From Chiloscyllium plagiosum (taxonomy: Eukaryota), in assembly GCF_004010195.1 (NCBI RefSeq), contig NC_057720.1:22071635-22135634 (forward strand): DNA of 64,000 nucleotides, read 5' to 3'. A model generated the notes under the pieces. The model saw nothing but the letters and a program-made list of their open reading frames with translations. It was not told the DNA's origin and ran no database searches. Of this stretch, positions 26,601 to 37,856 are shown piece after piece (positions within the stretch are counted from its first letter, which is position 1; every line of letters starts with the position of its first letter). Made by a program: the position numbers and the translations under genes.

Positions 26601-28194
26601 ATTTTTGATTCACAAATTCTAATTAGTAGATTCAAGCTATTGACCCACTGTCTTGATTTAAAAATAATTGTTATGAATCAGGATCATCTGATTTCAACTA
26701 ATGAGCAACAAGCTACATAACAGTTGCACGAATTTAGTCATGTATTTCATTACCAAAGACTCAGTTTGCTAGAAGATGTAATATTTTATGTCTTATTTAG
26801 TTTTAAATTATTTCCTAAACTGCTCAGGGATGTAAAGATGTTAATAGGCAATCAGATGTGCAAGTGAAAAAAATTTAACTCCTAAAGACCTAGTAGCTGG
26901 ATTGATCGCTGGATTTCCCTCCACTATAACATTCCCCCTCACTTCCACTCATCAAGCAGTCTTCTCAAAACAAGAGGGCTAAGCAGTTTGATCTATTTCT
27001 GAACAAGCTGTCCATAATTGTTTAGTAGTACAAGGAACTCTTTACTTGATCTTATTTTCTCTCTGTTACCAAGCGCCTGACGATGAGTGAACTGAGCCAC
27101 TCAGCTTCCATGCCAAGTGCAGTTTCAAATATTTGCAAAGGCTGATGCTCAGCATAGTGGATGAATGAATTGTGTTCCTCAGTCAGTGTCACATTGCATT
27201 TAAAACTAATTCTTATTAACGTGTTATCATTAGATGTCACCTACCCATGAATTAAATCAATAAACAGGACTACATTTAGAATGTGTTGAAAAATGACTTA
27301 ATTGAGCACAAGCACAGAATTCCCTGAATAGTGAACATCACAGACTAAGAACACATGTTCAGGAGCTTACATAGAGGGAGAGCTAATACTGGTTTAGTTA
27401 TAATGGTTACAGTGTGGCACTTACTTTGTGATGTACTGGAATTAATACACTCAAAAGAACATCAACACAAATTATGCAATCAGATCTCATTAAAATTTTG
27501 TTTGTTACAGCAAGCAATTCAGTATAATTCATAAACATGGTTAAAGTCAGTGGCTGTAGTTGGTTTGAGTCTACACCATTACAGAGGATATGCTAGAGTT
27601 GACACGGGTCTCCATTTCTGTATTGCTTTTGTATTAAATGTGACAGATACAAATGCAATGTAAAACTAGCTAGATAATCACACTGTCCTGTACTTAAAAA
27701 TAATATGCAGAGAAGGTAATAAAGAAGTAATGAATTTTCCAGTGCTCCAAGGATTGCTATCACAGAAGGCAAAAATCTCAATTTTAATTGTAATTGTCCA
27801 AACCAAAAAACCTAATTACCATCTCCTTAAGTAATAAAACCATATTCTTTTTTTTTAACTATGCATATTTACTATGCACCTCTTTCTATTAATTGAAATT
27901 GAAATTAAAAGTCTCTTTTTTTCTATCCTGAAGGCAGATAGGTGAATATAATAGTGATCATTTACTGTAATCTAGGCTGTTACTATAGTAACAGAATCTG
28001 TAACATATCTGAAGTACAAGCTGTGAAGCTAGCAGTAAAATCAAAAATGTCGGTTTAATAAAGTGAATCAGATTTTTCTGAAGACCGTTTAAATATGTTT
28101 GTCATATTTTATACGAAGATTTCTGAATTTGCCCCAAACCATCTGTCTTTAGGCTATCTGTAACAGGGAACACATGCAGAGCTGCAAAGTGTAT

Positions 28195-28235
28195 TATATA
28201 TATATATATATATATTTATATATCGATATATATAC
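28195..28235. repeat. (TA)n microsatellite
   Basis: Interrupted tatata tract seen directly. Confidence 0.9.
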
Positions 28236-30338
28236 ACTTTATTTTTACATGGAGGATTGGGACAAATGGAATGAGTTGCCAGGGAGAATGAAAGAGGCTG
28301 AAGAAACAGGAATGCACAGTCATAGCGTTGTCAACACAGAGAGAACACCTTCTTGGAGGCTTCATCACATGACCTCCCCACTTGTAAGCAGCTCAGTAAA
28401 ATAAAGTTCTTGTCCATCCACAATATCTTTCGACCAAATAAACAGAAGTTTTCAAAGGGATTGATAAACAAAAATCTTCTGTTTAATGTCCAGCCGGCTT
28501 TTCGCCAAAGTTGCTTGCAGCAATGTTGAGGACATTAATTTTTAATTCCTGGAGAGTCTGGGCTGCTAATCCTCACGTTTTTACTAGGAATGGTTCAATA
28601 TTTTTGCAGCAATGTATCCCATGGTCAAGCTCAGGAAAATCCCTCCAATCTCAAAGTTGTCTGAATGATTGATGGATTATTCTGAAGGCTGAACAATAAA
28701 CAATGGTTTTCACTCACCTGCTGACTCAAAATGGGTGAAGGGAACTATTTCTCCACTGGACCAGAAATGCCTGAGGCTCGATCAATATTCAGCCTTGGCC
28801 CTCATTTTAATGACTGGCAAACTACACAGACTTTTTGCACATTCCCAAGTAGTTGGCTAGTAAAGCAAGGATGGATGAAGGAGTAATGTTGCTGTCAACT
28901 CCACCTGCAGGTAAATATTTTTCAACGAACTTAACCTTTTGGTGGCAACCTCCATGCAGCCTCTCAAAGGACCATGGTGCAGGCTGCATGATGCTCTAGC
29001 AAGCCACTCTGTTCAAGAGTAATTAGGGGTGAACAAAAAACATTGACCATACCAGTGATGTCCATGTGCCATGAAGGGATGAGGAAAATAAACCATGGAA
29101 AAGTTTCAGGAGAATTTGAGATGACAATGGAATTGTGTCACATCTCCATAGCATAGTGGATGGAGTATCTGATACTTGATGTGAAAGGCGAGCTTCGAAT
29201 GTAATTAGAGTGCAACATGATTAAGATGCTCTTTCCGAGAGTGTGAACCTGATACAGCCAGAAACAGGGCAGTTGGGAGAGGGAATGATTTGTGAAGAAC
29301 GCAAGGAGATTAGAAAATCAGAGACAACTCTCACTTCTAATCAGCCCACAAACCAAATGGGATTGGGGGAGGGATGGAGGGATGAGATAAAAATCTACCC
29401 TGAAGAACTGGTGAATCCTAGCTCTTGGGATTAAGATGAATATAAAACTATTTTATGTGGAAGCTGGCATCTATGTAATGCTTCATTGAAATTCCAGTTT
29501 GGCAAGAAGATACTCAGATCAGCACATGAAATATGGCACCGATCCTTCCAATTCCTACATGGAAGAAGTAACTCCTGCGATGCAAGCTACACCCTCTCTT
29601 GAAGTTTGCTAAGATTGGGGAAACACCAACTGATTCCGTGACTCCACTGGGATGCAGGCACCAATATGTCTTGCAAAAACCAAAGCTCTGACTCTGAAGC
29701 ATTTGCACCAAGTAGGACAGTAGAAGGAAGTGATATGGGTATTTCTTAAAAACGCATTCATGGGATGTGGGCATTGCTGGCTAGGCCAGCATTTATTGCC
29801 TTTGAGAAGCTGGTGCTAAGCTGTTCAAAGGGAGGAAATTCCAGGATTTCAGGATCCAATAGCACTGAAGGAACATCAAAATATTTCCCAGTCAGAATGG
29901 TAAGTGGCTTGGATGGGAGCATGCAGGTGGTGATGTTCCTATGTAACTCCAGCCATTGTCCTTTGAGATGGTAATGGTCATGGGTTTGGAAGGTGCTGTC
30001 TAAGGATCGTTGATGAATTTCTGTTGTTCGTCCTGTAAATGGTCCACACTGCTGCTACTAAGCATCAGTGATGGAGGGAGTGGTTAATTATGTTGCACCA
30101 ACCAAGCAGGCTGCCGGGTCATGGATGATGTGAAGCTTCTTGAGTATCGTTGGCATTCACTCATCCAGGCAAGAGGGGAATATTCCATCAGACTCCTGAC
30201 TTGTGACTGTAGAAAAGGCTTTGGGAAATCAGGAGGTTACTCACTGTGGTATTCCTAGCATCTGAGTTGCTCTTGTCACCAATGCATTTATGTAGTGAGT
30301 CCAGTCGAGTTTCTGATCAATAATAATTCCCAGGTTCA

Positions 30339-30543
30339 AGAAGTGTGGTGCTAGAAAAGCACAGCAGGTCAGGCAGCATACAAGAAGCAGAAGAGTCAAC
30401 GTTTCGGGCACAAGTTCTTCATCAGGAATAATGCCCAAAATGTCGACTCTCTTGCTCCTCGGATTCTGCCTGACCTGCTGTGCTTTTCCAGTGTCACACT
30501 TTTTGGTTCTGATCTCCAGCATCAGCAGACCTCACTTTCTCCT
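30339..30543. mobile_element. PLE family A head-to-head fold-back
   Basis: Minus arm carries CTGATGA-A-GAAC-TTGT-GCCC-GAAA-CGTT (30398-30425); plus arm starts inside stem II (atgcccaaaatgtcga). Confidence 0.8.
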
Positions 30544-30607
30544 AGTAACTGGGGGATTCAGTGATGGTAACAACACTGAATATTAAAGAGTGATTGTTAG
30601 ATTGTCA

Positions 30608-30970
30608 CATGGCATCAACATTGACTTCACTAGTTTCCAAATCTCCCCTCCCCACACCTAATCCCAGATCCAACCCTCCAATTCAGCACCGCCCTCTTGA
30701 CTAGTCCCACCTGTCCATTTTACTTCCTACCTATCCACTCCACCCTCCACACTGATCTGTCACAATCACCCCCCCTCAACTGCATCCACCTATTGCCTTC
30801 CCAGCTACCTTCCCCTCAGCCTCACCCCCATCCTCCTATTTATCTCTCAGGCCTCTTTTCCCCACCCCTGATATTCCTAATGAAGGGCTTATACCCAAGA
30901 CATCAACTCTCCTGCCCCTCGGATGCTGCCTGACCTGCTGTGCATTTCCAATGCCACACTTTTCGACTCT
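30608..30970 (+). mobile_element. 5'-truncated Penelope-like element, family A
   Basis: Begins HGINIDFTSF (PLE GIY-YIG C-terminal G[LIM]NxD motif), then a pyrimidine-rich 3' UTR, a decayed hammerhead (ctaatgaagggcttatacccaagacatc) and the family A motif. Confidence 0.75.
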
Positions 30971-31765
30971 CTTATTGGAGATGCCTATTGTCCAGAAATT
31001 GACCCAATATTAGTTGCCACTTGCCAGCCCAAGCCTGGATATAGTCCAGGTCTTGCTGAATTTGGACACGGACTGCTGAAGAGGAGTCACGCATGGTGTT
31101 AAGCATTGTGCAATCATCAACAAACATGCCCACTTCTGACATGATGGAAGGAAGTTCATTAATGAAGCCGCTGAAGATATTTGGGACAAAGACACAACAC
31201 CAAAAAATTTCTGCAGATTTATCCAGGTGTTTAGATGGTTGACCTCCAATCAGCACAACCATCTTCCAATGTGCCAGCCATGACTGGTGCTCCAGAAAAG
31301 CTTTAATTACTTCAGAAGGAAGTGAGGAGAAAGCAGGAAGAAGAAATTTGCGAGAAATTAAAGCACATTAACAGCTAGCATTCGGGAGGATGCGTGGTGC
31401 TGAAATCCTGTGGCATCTGTAAAGCCAGAAGAATATCTAAAGAACCTGTGATTTTCTCCTGTAAATTATATGCTAATGCAAGGGTCTGTGCAGGATATAT
31501 ATCTAAGAAAGTATTCTGAATTTAATTTGAGACCATCATTAAATTGGTTAAAATATTATTTAAAAACAGCAACTAATAGCATGGTCTCAAATGAAGAAAC
31601 ATTCATCATACTAAAGGATCTAGCTTTAACAGCTTATTATTTAAATGAATAATTCACTTATGTTCATTTATCTGCACACTTTTGTGTGTAAATTTATTTA
31701 CTAGAGGCCATAAAGTCTTCAGTTTGGTTGGTCTCAGGAAACTGTAGCCTGCTGAAGATTTCCTT

Positions 31766-31862
31766 ATAACAGATATACACAGATATATACAAATAACAAA
31801 TATACACAGATATACACATATAACAGATATACACAGATATATACATATAACAGTTATACACA
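31766..31862. repeat. 27-bp minisatellite, about 3.6 copies
   Basis: Unit ataacagatatacacagatatatacat with 1-2 substitutions per copy. Confidence 0.9.
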
Positions 31863-31943
31863 AGGATTTCAATTTGTACATCCGAATACCCAATAAATCA
31901 GTTGCAATAATGCACATAGTGTTCATTATTAAAGGCTTCTTAC

Positions 31944-32084
31944 CTGGTAACCAGAATCATTACAAGTCATGTAGCATTTTCCACAGTTAATGCACATTTC
32001 TTCATCAATCAAAGCCACTACGTGCTCCTTGTTATTCAGGACACCAAAGGCTCCAATATGTGGCAGAGTTCTACCAATTATTTC
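31944..32084 (-). CDS. DPYD: DPYD internal exon (human exon 22 equivalent), 4Fe-4S motif
   Basis: atgcag|GAA...TAC CAG|gtaag, 141 nt: [47 protein letters not shown]. Same length and phase as human exon 22; [22 protein letters not shown] is identical. Confidence 0.97.
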
Positions 32085-32613
32085 CTGCATAAGTACATGA
32101 GAAATATTCAGTGTAATTTAGAAAGGCAAAAATATGTAGAAATTTTCAAGCAATTTACAAACTTTGATAAATGCGTGGGCTTGTATAGTAGAGGTTAACA
32201 GTCCATGAGCCAAATGACTGGTATTTTAATATTGTATTTTCAGAATAATTACACATGAATAAAAAATAAAGCTCTAGTTCTGAAAGTAATAACATTCAAG
32301 TAACCAAATCTGATTATTTTATGAACTGAGCAATTATTTTACTGAATTATTCCATGTTTTAAAACTTTGCTTCATCTTTTATCTCACAAAATGATTCTGA
32401 AACTCTTTTCCATTTGGTCGTGTAATGTGAGTGTTGTTGTCAAGGGCAGCATTTATTTTCCATATCTAATTGCCTTTGAGAACGAATGTGGTCCACTTTC
32501 TTGAACTGCTGTTGTAGTGTACCTTCACCTATAATGCTGCTAGGTAGTGAGGGCCTAGATGGTGTGTGACTTAGAGGGGAACTTGTAGACAGGGCATTCC
32601 CAGGCACTTGCTT

Positions 32614-32892
32614 TTAGAACACAGAACAGTAAAGCACAGGAACAGGTCCTTTGGCTCACCATGTCTGTTCTGACCATGATGCCAATCTAAACTAATCCCA
32701 TCTGCCTGCTCATGGTCCACACCTCTCTAGTTCCTGCCTGTTCATGTGTCTGTTTAAATGCCTCTTAAATGTTGCGACTGTCTCTGCTTCTGCCACCTTT
32801 GCTGGCAGCATGTCCCAGGCACCTACTACCCTCTGTGTGTAAAAAACTTGCCTTGCACATCCCCTTTAAGCTTTTCTCTGCTCACCTTAAAT
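32614..32892 (-). mobile_element. CR1 3'-end fragment
   Basis: tagaacacagaacag tail followed by reverse-complement CR1 3' terminal sequence. Confidence 0.7.
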
Positions 32893-33917
32893 CTGATCAG
32901 GGATTGTTTAACAGGGAGAGTATAACATCTGAAGAAAGGGAGGTCGTCAAGAAGTGTTTGTCCACGGAATCACTAACGGTGGAAGTCAGAAATCTGAAAG
33001 AGCAGTCACTTTATTAGATGTTTTCTATAGACTTCCCCCCCACCCAGTAGCAACAGATGCACAGACGAGCAAATTGGGAGGCAGATTTCGGAAAGGTGCA
33101 GAGCTCATAGCATCATAGAATCAAAGAGATGTGCAGAACGTAAACAGAACCTTTGGTTTAACTCATCCATACCGACCAGATAGTTTAGATGGAGCAGATT
33201 TTGTCAGGTGTGTCCTGGAAAGATTCCTGAACACACAATGTGGATAGGCCGGCTAGAGGGGAGACCATATTGGATTTGGTGCTTGGCAATGAACCAGGTC
33301 AAATGTCAGATCTCTCGGTGGGAGAGCATTTCGGTGATAGTGATCACAGCTCCCTGGCGTTTACTATTGTCATTGGAGAGGTATAGGAGCAAACAGTATA
33401 GGAAAGTATTTAATTGGGGAGGGAAAATTACAATGCTATTAAGCAGCAACTGTGGAGCATAAATTGGAAGCCAATATTCTCAGGGAAATGCATGACAGAA
33501 ATATGGAGGTTGTTTAGGGAGCACTTGCTGCAAGTGCTGCATATGTTTGTTCCTCTGAGGCAAGGAAGAGATGGTAGGGTGAAGGAACCTTGGATAACAA
33601 GAGATGTGGAACATCTATTCAAGAGGAAGAAAGAAGCTTACTTAAAGTTGAGGAAGGGTCAGACAGGGCTCTGGAGGGTTACAAGACAGCCAGGAAGGAA
33701 CTGAAGAATGGATTTAGGAGAGCTAGAAGGGGCCATGAAAAAGCCTTATCAGATAGGATGAAGGAAAATGCCAAGGCATTCTACACTTATGTGAGGAACA
33801 AGAGGATGGCCAAAGTGAGGGTAGGACTGATCATAGAAAGTGGAGGGAACATGTGCCTGGAGTTGGAGGAAGTACGGGAGGTCCTTAATGAATACTTTGC
33901 TTCAGTATTCACTACTG

Positions 33918-36900
33918 AGTACAAAATCAAGTATCTGACACTGGCAAGCGAGAACCTGGTTTGAAGTGTGTGTACTTCAACGTGAGGAGCATCCGAAATA
34001 AAGTGGGTGAACTGGCAGCGTGGGTTGGTACCTGGGACTTCGATGTTGTGGCCATTATGGAGACCTGGATAGAGCAGGGACAGGAATGGCTGTTGCAGGT
34101 TCCGGGATTCAGATGTTTCAGTAAGAACAGAGAAGATGGTAAAAGAGGGGGAGGTGTCGCATTGTTGATTAGGGACAATATAACATTTGTAGAAAGGATG
34201 TTTGGGGACTCGTTAACTGAGGTAGTATGGGCTGAGGTTACAAACAGGAAAGGAGAAGTCACCATGCTGGGAGTTTTCTATAGGCCTTCGAATAGTCCCA
34301 GAGATGTAGAGGAAAGGATAGCAAAGATGATTCTTGATAGGAGTGAGAGAGGCAGGATAGTTGTCATGGGGGAGTTCAACTATCCAAATATTGACTGGGA
34401 TCACTACAGTACGAGTACTATAGATGGATCAGTTTTTATCCAGTGTGTGCAGGAGGGCTTCCTGACACAGTATGTAGACAGGCCTACAAGGGGCGAAGCC
34501 ACTTTAGATTTAGTACTGGGTAACGAGCCTGGCCAGGTGTTAGATTTGGAAGTAGGTGAGCACTTTGGAGACAGCGATCACAATTCTGTCAGGTTTACTT
34601 TAGTGGTGGAAAGAGATATGTGTACTCCACTGAGCAAGAGTTACAGCTGGGGGAAGGGAAATTATGATGCAATTAGGAAATATTTAGGAAGCGTAGAATG
34701 GGGAAGGAAACTGCAGGGGATGAGCACATTAAAAATGTGGAGCTTATTCAAGGAAAAGCCCCTGTGTATCCTAGATAAGTATGTACCTGTCAGGCAGGGA
34801 GGAAGATATAGAACGCGTGAACCGTGGTTTACTAAGGAAGTGGAATCCCTGGTCAAGAAGAAGAAGGCGGCTTATGTTAGGACAAAATGTGAAAACTCAG
34901 TTAGGGCGCTTGAGGGTACAAGGAAGTCAGGAAAGACCTAAAAAGAGAGCTCAGAAGAGCCAGGAGGAGACATGCGAAGTTGTTGGTGGATAGGATCAGG
35001 GTTAATCCTAAGGCTTTCCATAGGTATGTCAGGAATAAAAGAATGACGAGAGTTAAATTAGGGCCAATCAAGGATAATAGTGAGAAGTTGTGTGTGGAGT
35101 CACAGGAGATAGGGGAAGCACTAAATAAATATTTTTCGACAGTGTTCACTATAGAAAATGAAAATGTTGACGAGGAAGATACAGAGATACTTGCATCTCG
35201 ACTAGAAGAGATTGTGGTTCCCAAGGAAGAGGTATTAGAAATACTGCAGAGTGTGAAAATAGACAAGTCCCCTGGGCCGGATGGGATGTATCTTAGGACC
35301 CTCTGCGAAGCAAGGGAAGAGATTGCCGAGCCTTTGGCATTGATCTTCAAATCATCATTGTCTACAGGAATAATGCCTGACGACTAGAGGATAGCAAATG
35401 TGGTTCCCTTGTTCAAAAAGGGTAGTAGAGACAACCCTGGTAATTACAGACCAGTGAGTCTCACTTCAGTTGTTGGTAAAGTGTTGGAAAAGGTTATAAG
35501 AAATAGGATTTATAACCATCTAGAAAAGAATAATCTGATCAGGGACAGTCAGCACGGTTTTGTGATGGGTAGGTCGTGCCTAATGAAGCTTATTGACTTT
35601 TTGACAAAGTGACCAAACAGGTAGATGAGAGTAAACCGGCTGATGTGGTGTATATGGATTTCAGCAAGGTGTGCGATAAGATTCCCCACAGTAGGCTATT
35701 ATACAAAATGCGGAGGAATGGGATTGTGAGAGACATAGCAGTTTGGATCAGTAATTGGCTTGCTGAAAGAAAACAGAGGGTTGTAGTTGATGGAACATGT
35801 TCATCTTGGTGTCCAGTTACTAGCGGCGTACNNNNNNNNNNNNNNNNNNNNNNNNNNNNNNNNNNNNNNNNNNNNNNNNNNNNNNNNNNNNNNNNNNNNN
35901 NNNNNNNNNNNNNNNNNNNNNNNNNNNNNNNNNNNNNNNNNNNNNNNNNNNNNNNNNNNNNNNNNNNNNNNNNNNNNNNNNNNNNNNNNNNNNNNNNNNN
36001 NNNNNNNNNNNNNNNNNNNNNNNNNNNNNNNNNNNNNNNNNNNNNNNNNNNNNNNNNNNNNNNNNNNNNNNNNNNNNNNNNNNNNNNNNNNNNNNNNNNN
36101 NNNNNNNNNNNNNNNNNNNNNNNNNNNNNNNNNNNNNNNNNNNNNNNNNNNNNNNNNNNNNNNNNNNNNNNNNNNNNNNNNNNNNNNNNNNNNNNNNNNN
36201 NNNNNNNNNNNNNNNNNNNNNNNNNNNNNNNNNNNNNNNNNNNNNNNNNNNNNNNNNNNNNNNNNNNNNNNNNNNNNNNNNNNNNNNNNNNNNNNNNNNN
36301 NNNNNNNNNNNNNNNNNNNNNNNNNNNNNNNNNNNNNNNNNNNNNNNNNNNNNNNNNNNNNNNNNNNNNNNNNNNNNNNNNNNNNNNNNNNNNNNNNNNN
36401 NNNNNNNNNNNNNNNNNNNNNNNNNNNNNNNNNNNNNNNNNNNNNNNNNNNNNNNNNNNNNNNNNNNNNNNNNNNNNNNNNNNNNNNNNNNNNNNNNNNN
36501 NNNNNNNNNNNNNNNNNNNNNNNNNNNNNNNNNNNNNNNNNNNNNNNNNNNNNNNNNNNNNNNNACGAGGAAAGGCTGAGGGCCTTGAGGCTGTTCTCAT
36601 TAGAGAGAAGAAGGTTGAGAGGTGATTTAATAGAGACATACAAGATAATCAGAGGGTTAGATAGGGTGGATAGGGAGAGCCTTTTTCCAAGTATTGGAAT
36701 GGTAAACACGAGGGGACACAATGTTAAAGTGAGGGGAGATAGGTATAAGACAGATGTCAGAGTTAGTTTCTTTACTCAGAGAGTAGTAAGGGTATGGAAT
36801 GCTTTGCCTGCAATGGTAGTAGATTCGTCAAGTTTAAGTGCATTTAAGTCGTCATTGGACAGGCATATGGACGTACATGGAATAGTGTAGGTGGGATGTG

Positions 36901-36979
36901 CTTCAGATTAGTATGACAGGGTGGCGCAACATCGAGGGCTGAAGGGCCTGTATTGCGCTGTAATGTTCTATGTTCTATG
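33918..36979 (+). mobile_element. Younger CR1 LINE (B) with open APE-endonuclease frame
   Basis: ORF 33961..34941 (326 aa; CVYFNVRSIRNK, GEFNYP, SDHNSV); RT partly in the gap; (ttctatg)n tail; candidate TSD tactg (33913-33917, 36980-36984). Same family as 327-4283. Confidence 0.92.
35832..36564. other. Assembly gap (733 N)
   Basis: Run of N inside the CR1 B RT domain. Confidence 1.
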
Positions 36980-37856
36980 TACTGGGAGAGACCTTGAGGT
37001 TTCTGAGACTGGCATGAAACAGACTGATATGCTAGAACAGGTTGATGTTAGAAAGGAGGATGTGCTGAAAATTCTGAAAAACATGAGGATAGATAAGTCT
37101 CCTGGGCCAGATGGGATATACCAGTGTTTTTACAGGAAGCAAGAGAAAAGATCGCTGCACCTTTGGTGATGATCTTTGCGTTCTCACTGTTCACTGGAGT
37201 AGTGCCAGATGATTGGAGGGTGGTAAATGTTATTTCCTTGTTCAAGGAAGGCAATAGGGATAACCCTGGGAATTACAGACCAATCAGTCTTACGTCGGTG
37301 GTGGGCAAGTTATTGGAGAGGATTATTGGAGAGGATTCTGAGAGACAGAATTTCTGATTATTTGGAAAAGCATAGCTTGATTAGGGATAGTCAGCATGGT
37401 TTTGTGAGGGACAGGTCTTATTGAATTCATTGAGGATATGACAAAACACATTGATGAAGGTATATCAATGGATGTGGTGTATAAGGATTTTAGCATGGGG
37501 TTTGATAAGGTTCCCCATTATAGGCTCATTCAGAAAGTAAGGAGCATGTGACACAGGTAAATCTGGCTTTCCAGATACAGAATTGGCTGGCTCATAGACG
37601 ACAGAGGTTAGTAGCAGATGGAAAGTTTTCAGCCTGGAGCTCAGTGACCAGTGGTGTTCTGCAGGGGTTTGTTCTGGGACCTCTGCTCCTTGTGATTTTT
37701 ATAAATGACTAGGACGAGGATGTGGAAGGGTGGGTTAGTAAGTTTGCCAATTACACGTACATTGGTGGAGTTGTGGATAGAGTGGAGGTTAGTTTTAGGT
37801 TGCAATACGACATTGCAATAGGACGGATGGAGTTCAGTCTGGAAAAGTGTGAAGTG

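Larger units (their letters stand above)
29745..31290 (-). mobile_element. LINE family 2, decayed, with two PLE insertions
   Basis: Reverse-complement family 2 tail at 29745-29800; EVGMFVDDCTM...IQAWAGKWQ in ORF 30972..31262. Confidence 0.8.

Noticed and set aside
31654..31926. 90-aa ORF with ISVICVYLC repeats
   Set aside because: Translation of the 27-bp minisatellite.
35832..36564. Gap longer than the equivalent segment of the sister CR1 (about 560 bp, 3331-3892)
   Set aside because: Gap sizes are estimates; no sequence evidence of a hidden insertion.
35590..36890. Four 300-370 aa ORFs in the ORF track
   Set aside because: Artefacts of translating through the 733-N gap.
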